Part shown: one piece after another, positions 45,701 to 55,351 of the stretch | Position numbering within the stretch: position 1 is the stretch's first letter | Layout: each line of letters opens with the position of its first letter | Virus record (IMG/VR): IMGVR_UViG_3300020045_002012 | Location: 1-59,450 of that record | Length of the DNA: 59,450 nucleotides | Direction: 5' to 3' (one strand) | Origin: a virus | Lineage: Duplodnaviria > Caudoviricetes | Program-made: the position numbers and the translations under genes | The notes under the pieces: generated by a model | Told to the model about the DNA's origin: nothing | Seen by the model: only the letters and a program-made list of their open reading frames with translations | Databases searched by the model: none

Positions 45701-47359
45701 TTAAGACAGGCCGATTGCTTTTACGTAATAGACGCCGGAAGGCAGGTCTACCGCTGCTGCATTTGTATTATTGGCAATGACTTCAATGGTGTCTGTATAG
45801 CATCTTATGTTGTATACAATGCCGTCTGGAAATGCGGCAGACCCCGCATTAAATGTTGCTGTATAGCCTGTCGTCGTAACCCCAGGGACTGATATTGTCA
45901 GCTTCTCGTTCGTTCCCGGTGCTATGCTGGGAAAATCAAGCGTTGCTGTTGCGGTGAGAATCCCAGTTATTCCAACAGGACTACCGAATGTCCTGAGTCT
46001 ATTTGCCATTATTGAATCCGAGGAAATTCTGAATTGCTCCGTGCCTCCTGCGTAATACCGTATTCCGATATCCTTATGCCACCGCGATGAAAGCGTATTC
46101 GCATTCGACACAGAAGTTGGCAGTGTACAATCGGATATCGAGTTGTTGTATAGGTAGTTAGGGCCGCCTGACAATTCTGATATCCCGATAGGGAACACGC
46201 CGGGATAGCTTGAATAGATAACATTATCCGTCACCATGTTTCCAACAGATTCCGTTGTTACCGCGTCCCCGTCCGTATAGCTCCTGAGCACGATTGCTGC
46301 TGATGCAGGATTCCACCCTTTTGCCGTGAGTATATTAGACGAAATTAGGCAATTGGTTGAGCCAGCGAGGCGTAACCACTCGAAATAGTCGGTGTCAACA
46401 GCATCGTCTAGGTCGTACCCACAATCCTCAATCCTATTCGCTGATACTAGGTGACCAGAACCAAGACGAAGCTCTATTGCCCTCGTCCGTATGAATTTGA
46501 AGTGATTGCTGGAAATAATGGCTTTCCTGCCGGCGGCCACCTGAATGCCGTTGGTATACGTGTCATGCAAAGCAACCCCGCTCCTACATCTATAAAACGT
46601 ATTCCCGCTAATAAGTGGTCGTTGCAACTCCCGCTTGCAGCTAACGCCCGTCTGGCAGTAGTTAAAATGGCATCCAGTTATGATTAGATCTCCGCCGTCA
46701 TCAACTGTGTCAAGCGGGGTAAGGTTCCCACTAGCGTAAATTCCAAGGTCAGGGTGCCCAGTAAATACGCAATTACTGACCGTTACGGATTTACAATCAA
46801 CCGTAGTTAATCCGCTGTCGCCTGTCGCGGCCTCGTAGGTATCCCCGGCATAAAAGTGAACATCTTCGATTACAGTATTGCAGATTCGTTTAATCCCGAG
46901 GCATGAGCCTGACGCTTCTCCCAATACAAAAACAGAATTTGATACATCAAACTTTCCTCCACGCCAAGAGAATCCAAAAGTTTCTCTTGTGTCACATTGT
47001 AGATACACTAAGGTGGAAGACATCCCTACGGCTGACTTTATTACCGCCCCCTTGTCGCACACTATCCCAATATTGCGTGTGAGGGTTAATAGGATTTGTG
47101 AATTTATGAGGTATGTGCCGGACGGAATATACCCGTTTACTCCTGTCAATACAACGTAGTCGAAGAACTTTTTAACGGCATCAGTGACGCTGGCGATTGC
47201 GCCGTAGGCGTTGCTCTTTACGGCGGTAATCTCTGCATTGGTCATGAAGTCAAAAACGCTAGCACTCTCCTGCAGCTTATCGCCCAGTGATCGGGAAACG
47301 CTTCCGGCGCCACCTTGTTTGTAGGTAACTTGTTTGTCTGTGAGTTTGGTTAGTGGCAT
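45701..47359 (-). CDS. Tailspike, beta-helix depolymerase-like
   Basis: N-terminal GAGSVSRSLGDKLQESASVFDF neck; ISGN/ISSN repeats. Confidence 0.8.
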   Translation of the reverse strand: MPLTKLTDKQVTYKQGGAGSVSRSLGDKLQESASVFDFMTNAEITAVKSNAYGAIASVTDAVKKFFDYVVLTGVNGYIPSGTYLINSQILLTLTRNIGIVCDKGAVIKSAVGMSSTLVYLQCDTRETFGFSWRGGKFDVSNSVFVLGEASGSCLGIKRICNTVIEDVHFYAGDTYEAATGDSGLTTVDCKSVTVSNCVFTGHPDLGIYASGNLTPLDTVDDGGDLIITGCHFNYCQTGVSCKRELQRPLISGNTFYRCRSGVALHDTYTNGIQVAAGRKAIISSNHFKFIRTRAIELRLGSGHLVSANRIEDCGYDLDDAVDTDYFEWLRLAGSTNCLISSNILTAKGWNPASAAIVLRSYTDGDAVTTESVGNMVTDNVIYSSYPGVFPIGISELSGGPNYLYNNSISDCTLPTSVSNANTLSSRWHKDIGIRYYAGGTEQFRISSDSIMANRLRTFGSPVGITGILTATATLDFPSIAPGTNEKLTISVPGVTTTGYTATFNAGSAAFPDGIVYNIRCYTDTIEVIANNTNAAAVDLPSGVYYVKAIGLS

Positions 47360-47426
47360 TTGTGTGTTCCTTGTAGGGTATTGCTCGTTGCATATTCTGG
47401 AAAAAGATAAGCTGCCGATTTGTTAC

Positions 47427-50400
47427 TTATCCAATTCTCCAGTTTGTCCCATCGCTATATACAGGGACACCATTGGCACCACCAGCAGCTACGATTCCTG
47501 CAAAACCAGTGTCATTTGCATCAGTTACAAATGCCCTAGCTCCTGCGCCCGCAGTAGCGGCAGCAGGAAGTGCAGAAATAGCTACTGGCGACGTTACAAC
47601 TCTAAGCGCTTTGACATAGGCCCATCTATAGGACGAGTCCCCTAATGACTGCGTGCCGTCTACGGAAGGTCTGATCGTGCCTGTGGCCATAATCCTGAGT
47701 TTCTCAACTTTTGGACTGGCTCCACCACCAGTAAACATACCAATGCCCGTATTTCCTACCGGCCCTTCAGCAACAAAGCCAATAGAAGCAGTAACAATAT
47801 TTGGAAATGCTGCATCATTTTGTTTGCAACGTATCTCAGAAATAAGCTCTCCGTCGCTTAATGTAGTATCAGGCTGTACTAATGTTATCGCCCTCGGTGA
47901 TGAGGTGACATCAATAACATACCCATCTTCGGAATTATTCAAAACAATTCCAGCAACCTTTACATTAGTTGAGCCAGTAAAGTCATACAGTGGTTCGCTG
48001 GCAATATTTATGATATTGCCACTGACGTTAACATTATCAGCATTCATTACATTAATCGCTTGGACAGTGTGTTCTGGGCAATTTATATTATTATTCTGGA
48101 CGGTAACATTGGCCCCGTAGGTGCGAGTAATTATTAACGCTGAGATAGAAGTATTGCCGACACCCATAATGGTATTATTTGTAATTGTGATGTTATCGCT
48201 CTTTTGATATGAATCTAAATACCAACAAATCTGGGGTTGGTATTTACATCTGTCAAACGTATTCCCATTTACTGTTATGTTCGATCCATTGGTAGCGTCA
48301 ATAACACGCTGCAATGAAGACAGCGTTACAGATAAATCATTAGTAAAGTAATTGTTACTGACCACAACGCTATCGCAAGCAATTTTTACTGCTCTGCGAC
48401 TCCACCCATTAAACGTATTATTTGCAATAACGCAGGGTACGCGAAGCGTTCCGTATGGAGAAGTAGATACAGAAGCAGACACAACAACAGAATCCCCTTC
48501 TTCTCCGAAAACGTCTTCAATAATGTTATTAGTGATGAAGATAGTTTTGGTGCAATTCTGGTCTGTGCTATGCGCAATAGCACGTTGCATTCCTATACCC
48601 TCTCCCGCTATAGCATTACCAACCCCTTGTAAATTCTTGATTACGTTGTTGGTAATTAGGGCCGATGTATCCAGTCCGTTAAATGAGAGTTTGATTGCAA
48701 TTCCAGCCCAGTTGTCGAATCCGTTTAGGTCGTGGATAAAGCATCCGATAACTGTAGGGTTTTCAGCAGCAATGTTTATTGCATACCCAATGTAGTTGTT
48801 TCCATCAATATGAAGCGATACCGTTGTGTTATCCCCGGTGATGCGGATAGCAGACTTAACCTGGGATAATGCGCTTATTACTCCGGGGCCATGTATTACC
48901 CTGTTGGCAACGCTACTGGTAAGTGCAGGGGTGCTATCATTTAGCAGGTTACTTATGATGTATGTGCCAGTAGGGAACAATATTTCTGTGGCTGCGCTGT
49001 TAAACGCTGCCTGAATAGCGGCAGTGTCATCAGTAACACCATCTCCAATAGCCCCAAAATCCTTAACCGATACCGACTCCCGCAGCTTGCCCTGCACATC
49101 CGTAGCGACTGCGCCTGTACCAGCCGGGAGGTAGGTCGTGGTTGCTGAGTTGCTAGGGTTAATGAACTCATTGATCGCCCACCTAACCTCCACGTAGTCG
49201 CCAGCGGCCAATCCTTCAACGAAGGTGATGCTATTGGTGCTAGTTTCTGAGTAGGCGGCGTTGGTCTGTGAGAGGCCATTGATGCAGACAGCCAGCGTAT
49301 TGATTCCCATGACGTATGGAGTAGCCAAGGCGAAGACGGTCTGACCCTCAGTGGCAATGAATGTTTCTTCCTCAATTACGGCTACGTCTAGGACCCGGTC
49401 ATGAATGGTGGCAGCGTCCTCGGCTGCAGAAGCAGCGTCCTCGGCAGCGGCGACTGCGCTCAACGCTGAGTCTTGGGCATGCTTCTTGGCAGAGTACTCG
49501 GAGCTATCCACTGGCCCACCTACGTGCACCGCCCATTCTTTTGCCGAGCCAAGCACTGATGTAACACCTGTACCGCCAATAGCGTACGCCTTAGCGGAGT
49601 AATCCGTGAAGATAACTTGCCCTGAGGTAGACACAGCCCATTGCGAGGCTAATGTAGCACTCAGCGCTGCTGCATTCTGGTAGCTTATACAAGCCGCCTC
49701 ACTCGACGCTGCTGCCTCAGCATAGCCTTGGGATAGCAGAGCACTCGCGGCGGCGGCGGCGGCATCGGTAGATTGGGCCAGTACAACATCGATACCATCA
49801 CAGTATACTACTACCCGGTCAAAGTATTTTGTTACAACCCCAGTGCCCCCAGCAGTCTTTAGGGTTAGGGTATAACCATTGTTTGTGAAGTTGTTCTGGA
49901 TGTAATAGACGGCCACCACAGATGGCACGGTAATTGTGGTATTTGCAGTAGCCGTACCGATAAACTGCATTAGCTTATTGGAGGCTTCAGCGGAAGTCAA
50001 CACGAAGCTAGTGGCGGGGCTAATATCCTTCACAAGTTTTGTGAATTGGAACAATGTACTTTGTCCCCTGTTTAGCACAAGCCAGTTCACCCCGTTGCTT
50101 ACAAGCCAGCAAGACTCTTGCGGCGACAGGTTGAACGAGCTCACTAGGTCCAGCTTGTCGCTGCCCAAAGCCGTCAGTGTTACGCTGCCTATGGTAGAGT
50201 TTTTGACCCCGACTACAAATCCAGAGCCCGCTACTGAGGCAAGCATGACTGTTAGAGTTTTGTTTGCTGCGGTAAAGTCAAGGCACTTTGCCCTGTGCGT
50301 AGCGTTCAGTACTAGGTCTGCTACAACTGAAAGCACTGGAATCTCGCTGGCAAGAAGCCCAGCAAGCGGCGTAAGTCCCGCTCCTGCAAGTTGCGAGGCA

Positions 50401-50780
50401 TCAGCAGCACTTGTGCCTGCGCCCAAAGTGAAGAGCGTCCAAACACCCGCGGCCGTAGTATTATCCGTCAGCCAAATGAGCTTAGTCACTCCAGCAGGGA
50501 TACTACCAATAGAGCCGCTAGCGGCATCAAGGATATTGACCGCAAACGCGCCCTTATTACTAATCGCTATCGCGCGCCCCACTGACACCGCATCCGCATA
50601 AGGCAGCGTCATCGTGTAGGCAGCAGTTCCAGTAACGTCCATATTGTCTGCGATGAGATGCGCCCCCGTCGCAAGTTCAGGCCAGAAGAAGACCGTGTCT
50701 GCAGTCAGCGCAACTGCGGCGTACGAATTATCGGAAGACGGGATCGCAGCTCCGCCAAAAACTGAGGTATAACTGGCCAT
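47427..50780 (-). CDS. Main tail fibre/tailspike with pectate-lyase-3-like beta-helix
   Basis: 1117 aa; VSVKDFGAIGDGVTDDTAAIQAA..FPTGTY; many ITNN repeats. Confidence 0.88.
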   Translation of the reverse strand: MASYTSVFGGAAIPSSDNSYAAVALTADTVFFWPELATGAHLIADNMDVTGTAAYTMTLPYADAVSVGRAIAISNKGAFAVNILDAASGSIGSIPAGVTKLIWLTDNTTAAGVWTLFTLGAGTSAADASQLAGAGLTPLAGLLASEIPVLSVVADLVLNATHRAKCLDFTAANKTLTVMLASVAGSGFVVGVKNSTIGSVTLTALGSDKLDLVSSFNLSPQESCWLVSNGVNWLVLNRGQSTLFQFTKLVKDISPATSFVLTSAEASNKLMQFIGTATANTTITVPSVVAVYYIQNNFTNNGYTLTLKTAGGTGVVTKYFDRVVVYCDGIDVVLAQSTDAAAAAASALLSQGYAEAAASSEAACISYQNAAALSATLASQWAVSTSGQVIFTDYSAKAYAIGGTGVTSVLGSAKEWAVHVGGPVDSSEYSAKKHAQDSALSAVAAAEDAASAAEDAATIHDRVLDVAVIEEETFIATEGQTVFALATPYVMGINTLAVCINGLSQTNAAYSETSTNSITFVEGLAAGDYVEVRWAINEFINPSNSATTTYLPAGTGAVATDVQGKLRESVSVKDFGAIGDGVTDDTAAIQAAFNSAATEILFPTGTYIISNLLNDSTPALTSSVANRVIHGPGVISALSQVKSAIRITGDNTTVSLHIDGNNYIGYAINIAAENPTVIGCFIHDLNGFDNWAGIAIKLSFNGLDTSALITNNVIKNLQGVGNAIAGEGIGMQRAIAHSTDQNCTKTIFITNNIIEDVFGEEGDSVVVSASVSTSPYGTLRVPCVIANNTFNGWSRRAVKIACDSVVVSNNYFTNDLSVTLSSLQRVIDATNGSNITVNGNTFDRCKYQPQICWYLDSYQKSDNITITNNTIMGVGNTSISALIITRTYGANVTVQNNNINCPEHTVQAINVMNADNVNVSGNIINIASEPLYDFTGSTNVKVAGIVLNNSEDGYVIDVTSSPRAITLVQPDTTLSDGELISEIRCKQNDAAFPNIVTASIGFVAEGPVGNTGIGMFTGGGASPKVEKLRIMATGTIRPSVDGTQSLGDSSYRWAYVKALRVVTSPVAISALPAAATAGAGARAFVTDANDTGFAGIVAAGGANGVPVYSDGTNWRIG

Positions 50781-50782
50781 TC

Positions 50783-51412
50783 TTATTCTCCATTCCTAGC
50801 GGTGGCGGCTCTGTCTGCGCCGATGCGCCGGCTGCTCTCCTGTGATATTCCCTGAAGCGCCCTATCGTATAGCGTTGTCCATTGCGCCAAGAGGTCTGGC
50901 CTCTTCAGGAAAGGCTGTGCCTCTAACAGCGCAGCATAAAGCAGTAGCTGTGGGGCGTACTGTGTAGTCCAGTTAGTTTGGAGCGAGGGCGATAACGGTA
51001 CTGGGCGCTCATAATAATCAATCTCAAACGCATAAGGCAACTGCGGAGTAGGCACAATAAGGTAATGCTCATACTGGTAGTCGGCGTAATACCGAGGCTC
51101 GCCTACCACAGCGCTATCTGGAGCGAAGGCTCGGCAGTAGTCGTAGGTTCTCGGCTGCAAGAACTTACGCCCCCCAGCTGTGGTGATGTTAAAGCTTACT
51201 GTCTCGCGCCACCGCTCTGGTTTTGCAAAGACTGGGCCTGATAGCGTTCCTGTTACGTATTGCTGAAAACCAAGTCCCCGAACCTCAGATGCCAGCCGGT
51301 TCTCAGCCATCATTACGAAGCGGGGTACTTGTGCAGTAAATGGGGCGTCGGTTCGCTCGCAGTACGTTGTTATGTCCTGTATCAGCGAGTCGTAGGTCAT
51401 TGCTTCGGCCAT
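50783..51412 (-). CDS. Tail adaptor protein
   Basis: MTYDSL..I..Y...AE.R; P.YY; LLYAALLEA.PFLK motif. Confidence 0.7.
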   Translation of the reverse strand: MAEAMTYDSLIQDITTYCERTDAPFTAQVPRFVMMAENRLASEVRGLGFQQYVTGTLSGPVFAKPERWRETVSFNITTAGGRKFLQPRTYDYCRAFAPDSAVVGEPRYYADYQYEHYLIVPTPQLPYAFEIDYYERPVPLSPSLQTNWTTQYAPQLLLYAALLEAQPFLKRPDLLAQWTTLYDRALQGISQESSRRIGADRAATARNGE

Positions 51413-51414
51413 AG

Positions 51415-51639
51415 CTACTCCGTCAGTTTCACGTCAGCGCGCGGGTGGTCCAAAGATATATTCTCGGTCTGACGTGGCGGCAATCTCCAAGGATCATAAA
51501 TGTCAAGGTCATTCTTACACACCATCAGGCCGTTATTGGGGTCTTTAAAAAGGTCTGAGTAGTACATCTTCTTATTGCACCGCTGGCACACAGCTATTGC
51601 CACAGTACCGCGAGCTTTGACAGGGAGGAATAATGGCAT
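51415..51639 (-). CDS. Small conserved Cys-containing protein
   Basis: AIAVCQRC...GLMVC...DP...PR.D. Confidence 0.65.
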   Translation of the reverse strand: MPLFLPVKARGTVAIAVCQRCNKKMYYSDLFKDPNNGLMVCKNDLDIYDPWRLPPRQTENISLDHPRADVKLTE

Positions 51640-51642
51640 GGC

Positions 51643-52617
51643 TTAGGCACTGTAGCATCGAATGCTGGGTTGCAGGAAGATGGGTAGGCCGTCTGTTTCT
51701 GCCTCTTCTGCCTCAAGCTCTTGACGGTCTGCCATTGAGACAATGGACTCTATTAATGTTGGGTCAACTCCTGGAAGCTCAAAACAGAGTCTCGCAGCTA
51801 GCAGCCAGATAATCCCGTCAAGCCAGCGCTGTGGTATCTCGATTTGCTGCGTGAGTGTTCCTATGTCCTGGGACTGGCGGTGGATGTATAGCGACAGGTG
51901 GTCAAGCTCATTATTGGGCACAGGCCAAATGGTAAGCGTCGGCGTCAGCTTCTTCTCAAAGAAGTAGTTGGTAGACGGCCGGCCGACCTGAGACTTATTG
52001 TTCAGTGCCATGTAGGCATCACGGTTCCAGGGCGTCAGCGGGAGGTCATAGACGGCAATGGCAGACTGGATGTCAGCCACGTCGATCACTGAATCTGAGC
52101 TTACGCGAATAGCCTTGAGCGCCTCGATAACTGGCACGGTAACCCAGTTATATGCCTGAGTTCCGTAGGAGCCTGCGGTGGTAACTACCAGCTCTTTGAA
52201 GGCCACGCCGTCAGTTGAGCCCTCAATTTTGACTTTGCCTACGTACGCAGTACGCAGCTTTAGCCCCACTCGAAGCACGCGTGCGGCTGAGTCAAGCGTA
52301 GAGGTATCTACATTGAAGCTAGCCGCTGCGATAGTGGGCTGGCTATAGACCACATTGAGGACGTCCAACGTGCCTAAAGGGGTCTCATATAGCGACCGCC
52401 CGGAGTTTACGCCTAGAAAAACGGGCTCTACAGCCCAAAGATTAAGCCCCCGGTTCCCCACGTTAAGCATGAGGAAGTAGAGGCTATCCTTGGCTACTTG
52501 TACAGTCTCCGGCGTTTGCGCTGATGGCAAGATTCTACACCGGCGGAGCGCATGCTCTATCAGCGTAGAGGTATCAATTACCGTCAGGCCAACAGTTCCG
52601 CTGGTGTTGTAGGCCAT
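51643..52617 (-). CDS. Head-tail adaptor / tail tubular protein
   Basis: TSGT..LIEHALRRC..NRGLNLW..GRPS..IWPVP motifs. Confidence 0.65.
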   Translation of the reverse strand: MAYNTSGTVGLTVIDTSTLIEHALRRCRILPSAQTPETVQVAKDSLYFLMLNVGNRGLNLWAVEPVFLGVNSGRSLYETPLGTLDVLNVVYSQPTIAAASFNVDTSTLDSAARVLRVGLKLRTAYVGKVKIEGSTDGVAFKELVVTTAGSYGTQAYNWVTVPVIEALKAIRVSSDSVIDVADIQSAIAVYDLPLTPWNRDAYMALNNKSQVGRPSTNYFFEKKLTPTLTIWPVPNNELDHLSLYIHRQSQDIGTLTQQIEIPQRWLDGIIWLLAARLCFELPGVDPTLIESIVSMADRQELEAEEAETDGLPIFLQPSIRCYSA

Positions 52618-52626
52618 GCTACCCCC

Positions 52627-52893
52627 TTAGGTGTAGAGAACTACTGCATCGCCTACGGTGGCTACGAAGAGCCCTACTTTACAGGCAATACCATTTCCAC
52701 CAAAGTTAGCAGTAAAGCCAACCGGAGCTGCGGGGTAGCTATAGATCAGTGTACCAGAGGCACTAGTGCCATCGTACACCAACACGTTACCTGCGCCTAG
52801 GACGCTAACACCAAAGAACCCTGCGGGGCCGGCCTTTACAAGCTTGCCAACACCGGCAGCTACTGACGCATAGCCAAGCTTATCCGCAATCAT
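52627..52893 (-). CDS. Small virion structural protein
   Basis: 88 aa beta-rich; in the structural operon. Confidence 0.6.
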   Translation of the reverse strand: MIADKLGYASVAAGVGKLVKAGPAGFFGVSVLGAGNVLVYDGTSASGTLIYSYPAAPVGFTANFGGNGIACKVGLFVATVGDAVVLYT

Positions 52894-52896
52894 GGC

Positions 52897-53631
52897 TTAA
52901 CCTGCAAACTGGGTTACACCGACTGCCCCGATGCGCGTGGCGTTCGGCCCACATGCAATACCAGGCAGCGCGATCGTTGCTACCAGGCGCTTAACACCGT
53001 CTGAGGCTGACGCTAGGGCAATAGTGCCCCGAACGTCGCCAGTAATGGCAGTGGCTGGGGAGGTCAGGACGGCTGGCGTGACTGCGGCGAGAAGGCCCAC
53101 AGTGGCGTTGTAGTTGAAAGTGACATAGTCACGACTGGCTACTCGGTAAGCTAAGCCCAGGACGTCAGTGGTGCCGACTGAGATATTGCCCACGGTCAGA
53201 GCGCTAATTGCGATGCTCACGATTGACTTAAAAGCCTTGGTCGTAGCTACACGAACACCTGCGCCGCCTGCAGTAACAGACTGCGCCATTGGGGCGCCAT
53301 AGTTGTCGTAGCCACGGAACGTAATGGTTTGCGTCGTGTCAGCGCCTGCCGTCAGAACATCCACGCAACGAGGGCAATCTAGGACAAAGCGAACTTCACC
53401 GGTAGCCGTCAGAGTGCGTGTCACACCGGTACCGGCAGTCAATGTCAAGTTACCTGCCGCTGCAACAGCCTGAGCTGCGGCAAGACCGGTAAGGTTTAGC
53501 GCCAGCGGTACTACGTCTTGGATATAAACACGGCCCATCGGGCCGACACCAAGTTCCATTGGCGAGGGGCCATCACTGTTGGTAAGACCGTCAAAGACGG
53601 GACCAAGCATAATGTCATCAGAAATGTGCAT
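52897..53631 (-). CDS. Virion structural (decoration-like) protein
   Basis: 244 aa, Ala/Thr/Val-rich; AAGGAG RBS; TGGTATAAT upstream. Confidence 0.65.
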   Translation of the reverse strand: MHISDDIMLGPVFDGLTNSDGPSPMELGVGPMGRVYIQDVVPLALNLTGLAAAQAVAAAGNLTLTAGTGVTRTLTATGEVRFVLDCPRCVDVLTAGADTTQTITFRGYDNYGAPMAQSVTAGGAGVRVATTKAFKSIVSIAISALTVGNISVGTTDVLGLAYRVASRDYVTFNYNATVGLLAAVTPAVLTSPATAITGDVRGTIALASASDGVKRLVATIALPGIACGPNATRIGAVGVTQFAG

Positions 53632-53699
53632 TTTAAGCTCCTTGCGGCTTGAACCGCTCAGGGTTATAGTAGACTTGCAGAAAACATTATACCAGGTAA

Positions 53700-55241
53700 T
53701 TACTTAGTTGTAAATACAAATTTTAAATGGCCTACCCCTGAAATTTTCCTAAAACCTGCCTCTTCACAAATCTGGCGCTCAGTCTTGGCGTCGTCGTAAA
53801 ACTTAGTAAAGTCTGGATGAGCTTTAAGCCTATGCTTTTGGCACTCGTACCTAGCATACCGCTTATCGCCCTTAAACCACCAGTAGTCTGGCGGTGTTAG
53901 GCCCTCACTAATAAATCCAGCGCTTAAATATGCTTGTCCAGTGCCGTGGCGCATGTCACAATAAGAGGTTAATTTTGCAAGGCCAGTATGCTTAATTATC
54001 TTGCTCAAGCCGCCAGCAATGTTGCATACGGAGGCGTAGCGGATTAGCTCTACGGTATCCGCCTCGAACCTTGATGCCCCAAAGCTAGCTACCGCGAACA
54101 GCTCATCGCCCTTATATAGCCCATAGTGCGTCTTTGCGCCAAGGAAGCCTTGCAAGTGGTGCGCGTCTAGAAATGCGCGGGCTCCGGCGGGGTGTATGCT
54201 GCGCACAACTAGGTTCCTTGCGCCAATTGAACCTGCTTGTCTGGCGGCTGAGCGGAGCAGTCCTTCGACCGCGGTCCTACGCTGTAGCCACTCGTCATCA
54301 AAAAGCTGGATAAGACGTATGCCTGCTTTATTCGCTAACTCCCACTTTCTGAGCATGGTGCCCGTACGACCGAGGTCGTCTGCGTGCCAGTATGCGCCGT
54401 TGTATTCTATGCCCACCTTGAGGTCTGGCAGGTATACGTCAAGCTCTAACATTAAGGCCTTACGCGTGCTGTTAGGCGCCTGTTCCTGGCGTAGCATTGT
54501 TCTATTCGACGTTTCTACGCTTACACCAAGTTGGGCTAGGTACACAGCTATGCCAGTCTCGCCTTTTGAAATTCTGTTAGAACATCTTGGGCAGCCCTGT
54601 GCTTGGCTAATGTGCTTCATAGGCGTCTGGCTAAAAACGCCATGATCCGGGCACACAATGTCAACTTTTGAGCGCATTCCACGATAGACAACTTGGCTGT
54701 AGTCGTAAAACCCGGAGTGTATTACACGGGCCTTCTCAATGAAAATCGGGGCATGTTTAGTAATGCGACCTTGCGCTACTGCTACTTGCGGTGCTACGTT
54801 GTAGGACTTTGCGTAGTAGCCCCTAGTCAGTGCTCCACACGCGGGACAGCCTTTGCCGCTTAACAAGTTTGAATAATGCGCAGTAACCCGGCCGTGTAGC
54901 TTGCAGGTGATAGGTAAATTGTACCCGCCAGTATAGGCGCTAGCCAATAGCTCTGCGAAGTCGTACTTATCAGGACCAGGCAGCCTGGACAGTAGTAGCT
55001 CAACCCTGTGCTTATTAGACACCCGGCTTTTGATGCCTCTGGCTACGCTGGCGCACTTATTACACCCGTGCCCACTTGCATGGTTATACATTGAAACGGC
55101 AAACAAGCCGTGCACCCTACAAATTACTGTCACCGGGTTGTGGCCGTAAGTATACACTGCCTGTGAGTAATCGTACCTAGCGCCATGCGCTGCCTTGAAG
55201 CGGGCCAGCATTATTTCAGTAGTCATTTTCATAGTTATCAC
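53700..55241 (-). CDS. Free-standing Hef-like homing endonuclease (DUF723-type Zn repeats + PD-(D/E)xK-like nuclease + C-terminal domain)
   Basis: Three YDYS..C..HG.F..H..G.GC..C repeats; ELDVYLPDLKVGIEYNGAYWH; own TGCTAAAAT -10-like element. Confidence 0.8.
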   Translation of the reverse strand: MITMKMTTEIMLARFKAAHGARYDYSQAVYTYGHNPVTVICRVHGLFAVSMYNHASGHGCNKCASVARGIKSRVSNKHRVELLLSRLPGPDKYDFAELLASAYTGGYNLPITCKLHGRVTAHYSNLLSGKGCPACGALTRGYYAKSYNVAPQVAVAQGRITKHAPIFIEKARVIHSGFYDYSQVVYRGMRSKVDIVCPDHGVFSQTPMKHISQAQGCPRCSNRISKGETGIAVYLAQLGVSVETSNRTMLRQEQAPNSTRKALMLELDVYLPDLKVGIEYNGAYWHADDLGRTGTMLRKWELANKAGIRLIQLFDDEWLQRRTAVEGLLRSAARQAGSIGARNLVVRSIHPAGARAFLDAHHLQGFLGAKTHYGLYKGDELFAVASFGASRFEADTVELIRYASVCNIAGGLSKIIKHTGLAKLTSYCDMRHGTGQAYLSAGFISEGLTPPDYWWFKGDKRYARYECQKHRLKAHPDFTKFYDDAKTERQICEEAGFRKISGVGHLKFVFTTK

Positions 55242-55301
55242 TTATACATTACAAAATCTAATTTTAGCATGAAATAGACTCTGCGTGTTATAAGTTTAGC
55301 T

Positions 55302-55332
55302 AAAAAAATTCCGAGGACTTGCCTCGGAATTT
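55302..55332 (-). terminator. Terminator after the major capsid gene
   Basis: AAATTCCGAGG/CCTCGGAATTT stem; T run on the minus strand. Confidence 0.85.
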
Positions 55333-55351
55333 AGCGTTTAAAATCAGCTGC

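Noticed and set aside
45701-50780. Diversity-generating retroelement or invertible tail-fibre switch
   Set aside because: No reverse transcriptase, invertase, template/variable repeat pair or flanking inverted sites were seen.
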